64,000 bases of DNA, taken from Bacteroidota bacterium. Lineage in GTDB: Bacteria > Bacteroidota > Bacteroidia > Bacteroidales > NBLH01. The notes below the pieces were generated by a model. That model had not been told where the DNA came from and searched no databases. It was given only the letters and a program-made list of their open reading frames with translations. The translations under genes were made by a program, and so were the position numbers. The DNA lies in assembly GCA_039714415.1 (NCBI GenBank), contig JBDLJL010000001.1, positions 23,172 through 87,171 of the forward strand, read 5' to 3'. Every line of letters begins with the position of its first letter. Position 1 is the stretch's first letter. This document shows, in pieces, positions 55,873 through 64,000 of the stretch.

Positions 55873-55880
55873 TATTTTTG
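55873..55880 (+). promoter_or_regulatory. -7 box TATTTTTG upstream of the dipeptidase gene
   Basis: Exact TAnnTTTG match, 25 bp before the ATG at 55905. Confidence 0.5.
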
Positions 55881-55904
55881 TAAAAAACCTTAAAATATAT
55901 TTAA

Positions 55905-57263
55905 ATGAGCGAAGTAAAAAATTATATAGAGGCGAATAAAGAAAGATTCTTAGAGGAACTTTTTGGCTTGATAAGAATTCCTTCAATCAGTTCTTTAGAA
56001 GAAAATAAACCGGATATGTATAAAGCTGCTGAGTACTGGAAAGAAGCCATGCTTAAAGCTGGTGTTGATAGGGCAGAGGTTATGGAAACTAAAGGGAATC
56101 CGGTAACTTATGGTGAAAAAATAATTGACCCTTCTTTACCAACTGTTTTGGTTTATGGCCATATGGATGTTATGCCGGTTGACCCGATTGACCTATGGAA
56201 TAGTGACCCTTTTGAGCCTGTGATTAAAGATGGTAAAATATACGCAAGAGGGGCAGATGATGATAAAGGACAAGCTTTTATGCATGCAAAAGCTTTTGAG
56301 ACAATGGTCCAGACGGGTAATTTGAGTTGCAATATTAAATTCATGATTGAAGGTGAGGAAGAAGTTGGTTCACCTAGTCTTGGTGATTTCTGTAAAGAGC
56401 ATAAGGAAATGTTAAAAGCCGATGTTATCCTTGTCTCAGATACAGGGATGATTGCCCGTGATATTCCTTCAATTACTACAGGTTTAAGGGGGTTAAGTTT
56501 TCTTGAGATTGAACTGACCGGACCAAATAAAGATTTACATTCTGGTATTTTTGGTGGGGCAGTCGCTAATCCTGCTAATGTTTTAACAAAAATAATTGCT
56601 TCTTTAACAGATGATGAAGGTAAAATTACCATCCCTGGTTTTTATGATGATGTAATTGTTGTAAGTGATGAAGAACGCAAGGAAATGGCCAAAGCACCCT
56701 TCGATCTTGAGAAATATAAGAAAAACCTTGACATTGATTTAGTTGATGGGGAAAATGGATATAGCACGAATGAACGTACCGGAATCAGACCATCTTTAGA
56801 TGTTAATGGTATGTGGAGCGGATATACAGGTGAGGGTGCTAAAACTGTTTTACCCTCAAAAGCCTATGCAAAAGTTTCTATGAGGCTGGTTCCTAATCAG
56901 GATAACAAAAAAATTAGTGAATTATTCAAAAAACATATTGAAACAATTGCACCGCCGACAGTTAAAGTAAAAGTAACGGCTTTGCATGGCGGACAAGGTT
57001 ATGTTTCACCAATTGATATGCCGGCTTATAAAGCTGCAGAATTAGCTTATACTGAAGTATATGGTAAAAAACCGGTTCCTACAAGAAGTGGTGGCAGTAT
57101 ACCAATTATTTCAACTTTTGAAGAAATTTTGGGTATAAAATCAATATTAATGGGCTTTGGTTTGGAAGAGGATGCTATTCATTCACCAAATGAAAATTAT
57201 CCGCTTGAAAATTTCTATAAAGGGATTGAAACTATTGTTGCATTTTACAAACATTATAGGTAA
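55905..57263 (+). CDS. M20-family dipeptidase (ArgE/DapE/ACY1/CPG2/YscS family)
   Basis: 452 aa with metal-site motifs GHMDVMP, RGADDDKGQ, EGEEEVGS and HSPNE. Confidence 0.88.
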   Translation: MSEVKNYIEANKERFLEELFGLIRIPSISSLEENKPDMYKAAEYWKEAMLKAGVDRAEVMETKGNPVTYGEKIIDPSLPTVLVYGHMDVMPVDPIDLWNSDPFEPVIKDGKIYARGADDDKGQAFMHAKAFETMVQTGNLSCNIKFMIEGEEEVGSPSLGDFCKEHKEMLKADVILVSDTGMIARDIPSITTGLRGLSFLEIELTGPNKDLHSGIFGGAVANPANVLTKIIASLTDDEGKITIPGFYDDVIVVSDEERKEMAKAPFDLEKYKKNLDIDLVDGENGYSTNERTGIRPSLDVNGMWSGYTGEGAKTVLPSKAYAKVSMRLVPNQDNKKISELFKKHIETIAPPTVKVKVTALHGGQGYVSPIDMPAYKAAELAYTEVYGKKPVPTRSGGSIPIISTFEEILGIKSILMGFGLEEDAIHSPNENYPLENFYKGIETIVAFYKHYR

Positions 57264-57365
57264 CCACCTCTTAAATTTAGAAGCACCTATAATAAAACGA
57301 CCTAATATATATGAAAAACAGGGACTTTTACGTTATAATAGTAAAAGGCCTTGTTTAATTTTAAT

Positions 57366-58055
57366 ATGAAACATATTAGTTACCATATTGTTCTAATAAT
57401 TACATTCCTGTTTTCTCTAGCACTTTCAGGACAGGTGAAACCGGACTATAAAAAAATTGGTAGTCAAATTGAAGATGAAACCTCCGTTCACTTCTATCCA
57501 AAGCTATTTGGAAGGTATTTAGCTGCTGACAGGGAACTATCTGTTGAGGAATTTAGGTATTTATATTATGGTTATACTTTTCAGGTTGTATATAATCCGT
57601 ATGTTGATTCAGAGTATAGGAAAAACCTTGCAGTATTTTATAGCAAAAAAGAAATTACTAAAAGTGATAGGGACCAAATGATTAAATATGCCAATTTAAT
57701 TTTGAAATCATCCCCATTTGATTTGCGCTCTCTTCAGATTCTTGATTATGCTTATTATCATAATGGTGATCATGAAAAAAGTTATGATGCGGAATTTAAA
57801 AGAAAAATGATCATCAAAGCGATTAGGTCAACAGGTGATGGAATAATAAGGAATTCAGGAATACATGTAATTGATGATTTGCATAAGTTTGATATTCTGA
57901 ATGAAATGGGCTTGCGGTATAATGGACAGCAGCAAATTGCAAATAATTCCTGTGAGTATCTTGGTGTTTTTGAAAATGATAGAAACCTTAGGGGTATATA
58001 TTTTAATGTTGGTCGTTTATATGAGGTAAGTTCAAATAAACTCAAGGGTGATTAA
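57366..58055 (+). CDS. Hypothetical secreted protein (possibly DUF4919-like)
   Basis: I prefer the ATG at 57366 (MKHISYHIVLIITFLFSLALSGQ signal) over the TTG at 57351. The family assignment is from memory of the FRYLYYGYTFQ-type motif. Confidence 0.5.
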   Translation: MKHISYHIVLIITFLFSLALSGQVKPDYKKIGSQIEDETSVHFYPKLFGRYLAADRELSVEEFRYLYYGYTFQVVYNPYVDSEYRKNLAVFYSKKEITKSDRDQMIKYANLILKSSPFDLRSLQILDYAYYHNGDHEKSYDAEFKRKMIIKAIRSTGDGIIRNSGIHVIDDLHKFDILNEMGLRYNGQQQIANNSCEYLGVFENDRNLRGIYFNVGRLYEVSSNKLKGD

Positions 58056-58245
58056 GGTAGCCTCTAAAAACCCAAACCTCTTCGTTACTCAAATTTTTCA
58101 AGACACTTACTTCGACATGTGACACAGTGAGTTTATCGAACTGCTCAGCACATTGCATTTACAAAAGTAAAATCGAGCCATGAAAAATTTGAACCCTTCC
58201 GCAGTAGCGGAACAGGCTTTGATATTTGAATTTTTAGAGAACACC
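58056..58245. repeat. 190-bp expanded variant of the MITE-like repeat, filling the intergenic gap exactly
   Basis: Termini GGTAGCCTCTAAAAACCC...TTGAATTTTTAGAGAACACC, core GCATTTACAAAAGTAAAATCGAGCC, and an extra module CTTCCGCAGTAGCGGAACAGGC. It abuts the stop codons of both convergent genes (58055 and 58246). Confidence 0.75.
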
Positions 58246-58665
58246 TTAACTTATCAGATCAATTTCTTTTTGCTTAATATTTTGAATATCAATAATTAGG
58301 CAGGCAATAATATGGTCTGTTTCTCTTATCTTTTTTGTAAGCTGTTCCATATTTTTATCTGAAAAACCACCTTCAATTTTTAGCAGGTAATCAATATTAT
58401 TAAGTTGTTTAATTAGAATTCCTGAATTGCTATTATTTTCAATCAGGCTGTAGGTAATACCGGATTTTGTATCATACTCATATACGGAATAATTTGTATC
58501 TTTTTCCGAATCTTTACTTCTTAAGATCAGGTCTTTGGTCTGTTTAAAATCTGTATTTAGCCTGGTGTTTAGCAACCAGCTTAATTTATGGGTACTAAAG
58601 CTTGTTGCAATACCAATTAGTTTAAATTCATTTTCAACTGATAATTTAATGACTTTTTTTTTCAA
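58246..58665 (-). CDS. Small conserved Bacteroidota protein (IPExxxVDY-family-like)
   Basis: 139 aa. The position next to rnc-fabF-acpP and the ...IKQLNNIDYLLKIEG motif resemble the IPExxxVDY family as I recall it. Confidence 0.5.
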   Translation of the reverse strand: MKKKVIKLSVENEFKLIGIATSFSTHKLSWLLNTRLNTDFKQTKDLILRSKDSEKDTNYSVYEYDTKSGITYSLIENNSNSGILIKQLNNIDYLLKIEGGFSDKNMEQLTKKIRETDHIIACLIIDIQNIKQKEIDLIS

Positions 58666-58804
58666 AATTATTTTAATTTTAATTCTGACGCAAAAAATAA
58701 GTTTTAAAAAGAAATTGCAAGATAATAATTTTAGATTAACGTTAAGGAGGTGTTAATAAAAATCTATTAATTTCATTACATCCCCTTTGTTTCAGTCTTT
58801 TTCA

Positions 58805-59524
58805 TTAAAATGAATGGAGTAAGTAGCTAATTGCTTCCTTAGCGGCGTTTTGTTCGGCTTCTTTTTTTGAATGACCTTTGCCAATTCCTATTGTTTTAGA
58901 ATCGAAAACAACTTCTGAGCTAAAACATTTTTCTTCATCAGCATCAGTTTTTGAAACAAATGAAACCGGTTTTTTTATTTTTTGCGCCCATTCAATTAGC
59001 TGGCTTTTATAATTGAGGTTTAAATCTTCAAGGTCTTCAAAATCAATGTACTTTTCAAGAATTTTAGCCTTAACAAATTTATAAGTTTTGTGGTAGCCTT
59101 TGTCTAGGTAAATTGCACCAATCAGTGCTTCAAAAGCATCTTCATGAATTTTTGTAATAGCACTTTTAGAAGTTCCTTTTTGAACAATAAATTCATTCAA
59201 CCTTATAAAACGGGCTAGTTCTTTCAGTTTTTCTCCATTGACAATTTTTGAGCGCATCTCAGTCAGGAAACCTTCTTTGTAATTAGGGTACTTATGATAA
59301 AGAAAGTCACTAATTATGGCATCTAAAATAGAGTCACCAAGGAATTCAAGCCTTTCGTTATTTATACGTTCACCATTTATCTTAAATGAGGCAGATCGGT
59401 GGGTAAAAGCAGTTTTATAAAAGCTGAGGTTTCTGGGATAAAAACCAAGCACCTCCCGAAGTGAGATCAGGAGATCTTTATCTTTTCTAAATAATATTTT
59501 GAATGCCAGGAATTTCCGAAGCAC
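58805..59524 (-). CDS. rnc: Ribonuclease III
   Basis: 239 aa (GTG start in the track). It has the RNase III signature NERLEFLGDSILD and a C-terminal dsRBD (GHSKKEAEQNAAKEA). Confidence 0.93.
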   Translation of the reverse strand: MLRKFLAFKILFRKDKDLLISLREVLGFYPRNLSFYKTAFTHRSASFKINGERINNERLEFLGDSILDAIISDFLYHKYPNYKEGFLTEMRSKIVNGEKLKELARFIRLNEFIVQKGTSKSAITKIHEDAFEALIGAIYLDKGYHKTYKFVKAKILEKYIDFEDLEDLNLNYKSQLIEWAQKIKKPVSFVSKTDADEEKCFSSEVVFDSKTIGIGKGHSKKEAEQNAAKEAISYLLHSF

Positions 59525-59534
59525 AAATCTTGTA

Positions 59535-60782
59535 TTATAGTTTTTTAAATATTACGGATGCATTATGACCACCAAACCCAAATGTATTACTGAGGGCAGC
59601 CCTAATTTCCCGTTTTTTAGCTTTATGGAATGTAAAGTCCAGTTTTGAATCAACTCGATCGTCAAGATTAAACTGATTTATTGTGGGTGGCACTATTCCA
59701 TATTTAATTGCAAAGATTGATGCAATAGCTTCAACAGCACCAGCCGCTCCAAGCAAATGTCCTGTCATTGACTTAGTTGAACTTATACTTAATTTATAGG
59801 CATGTTCACCAAATACATCTTTAATAGCAATGGGTTCGGCTATATCGCCCAAGGGTGTTGATGTTCCATGAACATTTATATAATCAATATCCTCCGGTTT
59901 CATTTCTGCATCTTCCAGTGCATTGTTCATAACCAATATAGCACCTTTACCTTCAGGATGTGGTGCTGTAAGATGATGAGCATCAGCAGATAATCCGGCA
60001 CCAGCTAATTCAGCATAAATTGTAGCACCACGTTTTATGGCGTGTTCATATTCTTCAAGAATAATAGATCCTCCACCATCAGCCATTACAAAACCATCGC
60101 GGTCTACATCAAATGGACGCGATGCCGTTTTCGGATCATCATTCCTTACAGAAATTGCCCGCATTGCATTAAACCCTGCAACACCTGCTTCATTAACAGA
60201 TGCTTCAGAACCTCCGGTTACCATCACATTTGCTTTTCCCAGCCTAATATAAGTATAGGCATCAATTATCGCATTTGTTGCAGAAGCACATGCTGAAACA
60301 GTGGTAAAGTTTGGCCCTCTTAAACCATATTTCATGGAAATATGTCCGGCAGCAATATCAGAGATCATTTTTGGGATAAAGAATGGATTGAATTTTGGAA
60401 TTTCATCATTTTTCACATAGTTCTTTACTTCCTGAGTCAATGTATCAATTCCTCCAATCCCTGACCCCCAGATAACCCCTGCTTTGTCAAGATTTATACT
60501 ATTCAAGTCTAATTTTGAATCTTCAATTGCTTCTTTTGCAGCAATCATAGCAAACTGGGCATATAAATCCAGTTTTCTTGCTTCTTTGCGATCCAAATAA
60601 TCAGTTGGGTTATAATCTTTTACTTCGCAGGCAAATTTTGTTTTGAAATTTGAGGCATCAAAACGGGTTATAGGACCCGCTCCACTTACTCCATTTTTCA
60701 AACTATCCCAAAATTTTTCAGCAGTATTTCCAAGTGGTGTAATTGCACCAATCCCTGTAACGACAACTCGTTTTAATTCCAT
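59535..60782 (-). CDS. fabF: Beta-ketoacyl-ACP synthase II
   Basis: 415 aa with the active-site Cys (VSACASA), HGTSTP and GHLLGAAG motifs. Confidence 0.95.
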   Translation of the reverse strand: MELKRVVVTGIGAITPLGNTAEKFWDSLKNGVSGAGPITRFDASNFKTKFACEVKDYNPTDYLDRKEARKLDLYAQFAMIAAKEAIEDSKLDLNSINLDKAGVIWGSGIGGIDTLTQEVKNYVKNDEIPKFNPFFIPKMISDIAAGHISMKYGLRGPNFTTVSACASATNAIIDAYTYIRLGKANVMVTGGSEASVNEAGVAGFNAMRAISVRNDDPKTASRPFDVDRDGFVMADGGGSIILEEYEHAIKRGATIYAELAGAGLSADAHHLTAPHPEGKGAILVMNNALEDAEMKPEDIDYINVHGTSTPLGDIAEPIAIKDVFGEHAYKLSISSTKSMTGHLLGAAGAVEAIASIFAIKYGIVPPTINQFNLDDRVDSKLDFTFHKAKKREIRAALSNTFGFGGHNASVIFKKL

Positions 60783-60868
60783 AAAACAAAATTTTTGGCC
60801 TTGTTGAAAATTTGTAAAAAATAAGGAGCATACATTAAATGCAGCTCCACTTTGTAATAAGTAAATAC

Positions 60869-61105
60869 TTATTTTACGTTTCCGTCAATATACTTTATTG
60901 CGTCACCAACAGTTCCAATAGTTTCTGCCTGGTCGTCAGGGATAGCAATATTGAATTCTTTTTCAAATTCCATGATCAATTCTACAGTGTCAAGAGAATC
61001 GGCACCTAGATCATTTGTGAAGCTTGCTGATTCAGTTACTTCATTTTCATCAACTCCTAGCTTATCTACTATAATAGCTTTCACTCTTGATGCAATGTCT
61101 GACAT
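60869..61105 (-). CDS. acpP: Acyl carrier protein
   Basis: 78 aa with the [16 protein letters not shown] phosphopantetheine attachment motif. Confidence 0.95.
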   Translation of the reverse strand: MSDIASRVKAIIVDKLGVDENEVTESASFTNDLGADSLDTVELIMEFEKEFNIAIPDDQAETIGTVGDAIKYIDGNVK

Positions 61106-61502
61106 AATTCTTAAAATTTAGTTAATAAAATAATTAATTCCGTTATGAATCTGCAAAGAAAAATAAATTAGCTGAAAAAAAAAATTAAATAAGCTTAAAT
61201 ATTGAATTTTCTATTGTTTGATTTAGTATTTTTAGCTCATAAGAGAATACTATTTATGAATCTATAAAAATTTTTGAAAATATAAAAGCTTGTTATAATT
61301 TCGGCATGGATAAAAAAGTTTTTATCCTGAACATTCATAGAGGGATTTAATTTAGAAAAAGTAATCCCTTTACAGTAGGACAGGGTTAAATTTCAGACAT
61401 TTAATATAGATAGATGAACCAGTTGAGTGATTTAATACCACTTACCTAAACAAGATTGAAAATTAAATGAATAGAATATTAATTCTTTAAATCATTTTTC
61501 TT

Positions 61503-62075
61503 ATGAATAAGATAGCCATTTTTGCATCGGGTAGTGGAACAAATGCGGAAAATATTATCAAATATTTTAAAAACAACAAAAGAATTGAGGTAGTGCTTGT
61601 TTTAAGCAATAATAAAAATGCATTTGTGCTTGAACGTGCTACTAATTTAAAGATTGAAACAAAAGTTTTTAACAGGTCAACCTTTAATGATTCTGATGAA
61701 GTTATACAGCTATTAAAAGAAAAAAACATTGATTTTATTGTTCTTGCCGGTTTTTTGTGGCTGATTCCAAAAAATTTAATTTTTACTTTTAAAAATAAAA
61801 TCATTAATATTCATCCGGCTTTGTTGCCCAAATATGGCGGGAAAGGTATGTATGGTATGCATGTTCATAATGCAGTAATTAATAATGGGGAAAAAGAAAG
61901 TGGTATTAGTATCCATAATGTAAATGAAAAATATGATGATGGGGCTATAATCTTTCAGGCAAAATGTAATATAGAAATGAACGACTCACCTGAATCATTG
62001 GCACAGAAGATACACAAATTAGAATACGAGCATTTTCCAAAAGTGATTGAAAAGTGGATTTTAGCATCGAAATAG
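61503..62075 (+). CDS. purN: Phosphoribosylglycinamide formyltransferase
   Basis: 190 aa with IAIFASGSGTNAENI, NIHPALLPKYGGKGMYG and SGISIH motifs. Confidence 0.92.
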   Translation: MNKIAIFASGSGTNAENIIKYFKNNKRIEVVLVLSNNKNAFVLERATNLKIETKVFNRSTFNDSDEVIQLLKEKNIDFIVLAGFLWLIPKNLIFTFKNKIINIHPALLPKYGGKGMYGMHVHNAVINNGEKESGISIHNVNEKYDDGAIIFQAKCNIEMNDSPESLAQKIHKLEYEHFPKVIEKWILASK

Positions 62076-62222
62076 AGTCCGTATATAATGTCAATCTTTT
62101 TTTATTACCACTGATTTATTATAAACTTGCAGGTACTGGTTAACGGTTAATTACCTACAAAACAATTATCAGTATTTGTTCCGCCTTAGCGGAGAATCTC
62201 AGAGATCTTAGCAGTTTGGGAT

Positions 62223-62303
62223 AACTTAGTAAGTCTAACAGACTTGCGAAGTTTTGTTATACAAATAAATTAAACTTACTAAGTCTAAAAGACTTTGCAA
62301 GTT
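62223..62303. repeat. Two copies of a 31-nt hairpin-forming repeat, 50 bp apart
   Basis: AACTTAGTAAGTCTAACAGACTTGCGAAGTT (62223-62253) and AACTTACTAAGTCTAAAAGACTTTGCAAGTT (62273-62303). Each has AAGTCT/AGACTT and AACTT/AAGTT inverted arms. Confidence 0.7.
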
Positions 62304-62386
62304 ACAAGATTAGAACTTTGTGTGTACTCAAAAAAAACTCTGACGGGTTATATTTGTAAAATATGAAAGGCTATGGTTTAAAATAA

Positions 62387-62407
62387 GGTGGATTTTTAGA
62401 GGTTACC
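62387..62407. repeat. Collapsed (termini-only) remnant of the MITE-like repeat
   Basis: GGTGGATTTTTAGAGGTTACC joins the left terminus GGTG directly to the right-terminal GGATTTTTAGAGGTTGCC seen at 50181-50198. Confidence 0.55.
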
Positions 62408-62438
62408 ATAAGTAAAACGCTGACATTATAGACAGATT

Positions 62439-64000
62439 TTAATTACTATAATTTTCATCAAAAAACGTTAAATACTTTTCTGTGCTTTGATCTTTTATGT
62501 ATTTTTTATAATTGTTATTTGATATAATGAAATGTTTAAACGGGACTGAGCTATATTCGCCTAGTACTTTTTTATTAATCAATTGCTGATAATACAACTT
62601 TGCATCATTTGAATTCTCAAATTGTTGTATTACAATCATAGTTCTTTCCATATCTAATTCTATCTGAAAAGCTTTAAGGTCGAGCTGGTTATAGTTGTCA
62701 ACATTAAATGACAAATAGCTGAATTTTAATTTATTAAAGTCAACTTTATTATTTGGTGCCACAATTACATAATAATGTAGTGAGTCTGGTTCAAAGGTAT
62801 AAAGCTTCTCATTATATTTACCGGAATCAATCAATAGGAGAATTTTTTTTGCATTAGCCGAAATTTCTGCATTAGGATGTTCTAAAACCAAAAGTTCCAG
62901 TTCTTCTTTTAGTTTTGATTTGTTACCCAATTCACCATATGAAAGTGCCTTAATAAATTGGAAGTTTGCACTTAATTTGTCGTCAGAATAATCTTTTATG
63001 GCTCTATTGCATAAATTAATTGCCTGATCATATTTTTTATTATTGAAATATGAATAGGTCTTCGAATATAATTCTTCAACTTCTTCACCTTTTCTTTTTT
63101 GATCAGATAGATAATTTGGGTCTGAAAGAATTTTTGCATTAAGGCTTTCAGGGTATTCAGTAATGATAAGGTTTTTGTATTTATTTGCCCTGCTATAATC
63201 TGCATTTCGTGTGCTTGTATTAAATAGTAACTGTAGTGCATCTAAACGTTTTTCAGTTTGTGGATACCTTTGTAATAATAACTCTAAAATATCAATAGCA
63301 TTTTTCTTTTCATCTAATTCATCAGCATAAATAACACCAGCTTGCAATAACGCAGTTTGTATTTTTTTGTTTGATTCAGCTATTTTTTCATCTGTTAACG
63401 GCAGATCATTTATATAAAACTCCCTTGTTTTATTACTGAGTTTTGTAGTTTGGTTATCATCCTGATCATTATTTTCTTCATTATTTTGCTCATCCGATTC
63501 TACATCAATTTCTGCCAACATTTTTTTGTTATTTAACCTCCATAAATCTTCCAGTTTTCTGTCACCCCATCTTTTCTTAAATTCAGTTTGGCCATAGCTT
63601 ACCGTTTGGGGATTATAAAAGTACCATCCACCACCTTTGGGTTGGTTTTGGTTAAAATTATTACTTCGGTCGTTCATAAAAGGATCATAACTATTATTAG
63701 TTGTTTGATTTGCACTGGCAGCAGCCTGTTCGGCATCAACTATTTTCTTTATGAGCTTGTCTATTATTTTATTTCTTTCATTTTCAGGAAGTTTTGCAAC
63801 TTTTTGCAGGCTGTCTTGTGTGCTAATTATATTTAATTGCTGCATAAGCTTGGCATAACTATTCATCTTAGGGTAAAGCACCTCATAATCAGGGAAAGAC
63901 TTTTCCATTAAATTAACTGTGCTATCATAATAAGGTGAGGCTAATTGGTAATTTCCCTTTTTCCCGTAATAATCCGCTAAGACCATGAAAGTTTTTACTT
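62439..64000 (-). CDS. TPR-repeat protein (N-terminus beyond the right edge of the window)
   Basis: The track ORF is 62439-63986. The frame stays open upstream of that Met to the window edge (...VKTFMVLADYYGKKGNYQLASPYY). TPR-like A..YY repeats and an acidic/Asn-rich linker are present. Function unknown. Confidence 0.6.
   Translation of the reverse strand, partial: VKTFMVLADYYGKKGNYQLASPYYDSTVNLMEKSFPDYEVLYPKMNSYAKLMQQLNIISTQDSLQKVAKLPENERNKIIDKLIKKIVDAEQAAASANQTTNNSYDPFMNDRSNNFNQNQPKGGGWYFYNPQTVSYGQTEFKKRWGDRKLEDLWRLNNKKMLAEIDVESDEQNNEENNDQDDNQTTKLSNKTREFYINDLPLTDEKIAESNKKIQTALLQAGVIYADELDEKKNAIDILELLLQRYPQTEKRLDALQLLFNTSTRNADYSRANKYKNLIITEYPESLNAKILSDPNYLSDQKRKGEEVEELYSKTYSYFNNKKYDQAINLCNRAIKDYSDDKLSANFQFIKALSYGELGNKSKLKEELELLVLEHPNAEISANAKKILLLIDSGKYNEKLYTFEPDSLHYYVIVAPNNKVDFNKLKFSYLSFNVDNYNQLDLKAFQIELDMERTMIVIQQFENSNDAKLYYQQLINKKVLGEYSSVPFKHFIISNNNYKKYIKDQSTEKYLTFFDENYSN

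Noticed and set aside
61106-61502. Looked for a purine/ZTP-type riboswitch in the acpP-purN divergent spacer
   Set aside because: Only short AT-rich hairpins are present (GGATAAAAA/TTTTTATCC, AGGGATT/AATCCCT). Nothing resembles known riboswitch cores.

Overview
This window is a low-GC chromosomal segment from a Bacteroidota-type organism. The phylum call rests on the porP/sprF-gldK-gldL-gldM-gldN gliding/type IX secretion cluster, a protein with a T9SS C-terminal sorting domain, TAnnTTTG -7 promoter boxes and the absence of Shine-Dalgarno sites. I saw no rRNA, tRNA, CRISPR array, transposase or integrase.

Most of the window is housekeeping: greA, topA, PBP1A, folK, ahcY, ddl, rluD, alr, rnc-fabF-acpP, purN and an M20 dipeptidase.

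The main result is a four-gene plus-strand cassette at 49057-53641. It lies in a hypothetical-gene, repeat-littered stretch (about 47.3-55.9 kb). Its genes are:
- two diverged tandem paralogs of a zinc-ribbon-fused P-loop GTPase (motifs GYTGHGKT, DxGG, TKSD, TSALG);
- a 4-TM protein with a Cys/His-containing cytoplasmic domain;
- a 519-aa protein whose N-terminus looks like the GTPase-associated protein (GAP1) domains of computationally predicted double-GTPase conflict systems.

I regard this cassette as a candidate uncharacterised NTP-dependent defence/conflict system.

Other notable items:
- an egtD-like gene next to a molybdopterin-oxidoreductase::cysteine-desulfurase fusion, which matches the metallopterin-dependent anaerobic ergothioneine synthase architecture;
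- two membrane pyrophosphatase paralogs, one of which has lost most canonical catalytic Asp motifs and is followed by a small tandem-decapeptide-repeat protein;
- a decayed scoA-scoB CoA-transferase pseudogene (frameshift plus internal deletion fusing A to B);
- a family of 121-bp palindromic MITE-like intergenic repeats, one copy sitting exactly between the two GTPase paralogs;
- several other palindromic or duplicated intergenic elements.

All homology calls come from reading the translated ORFs by eye. No database search was run.
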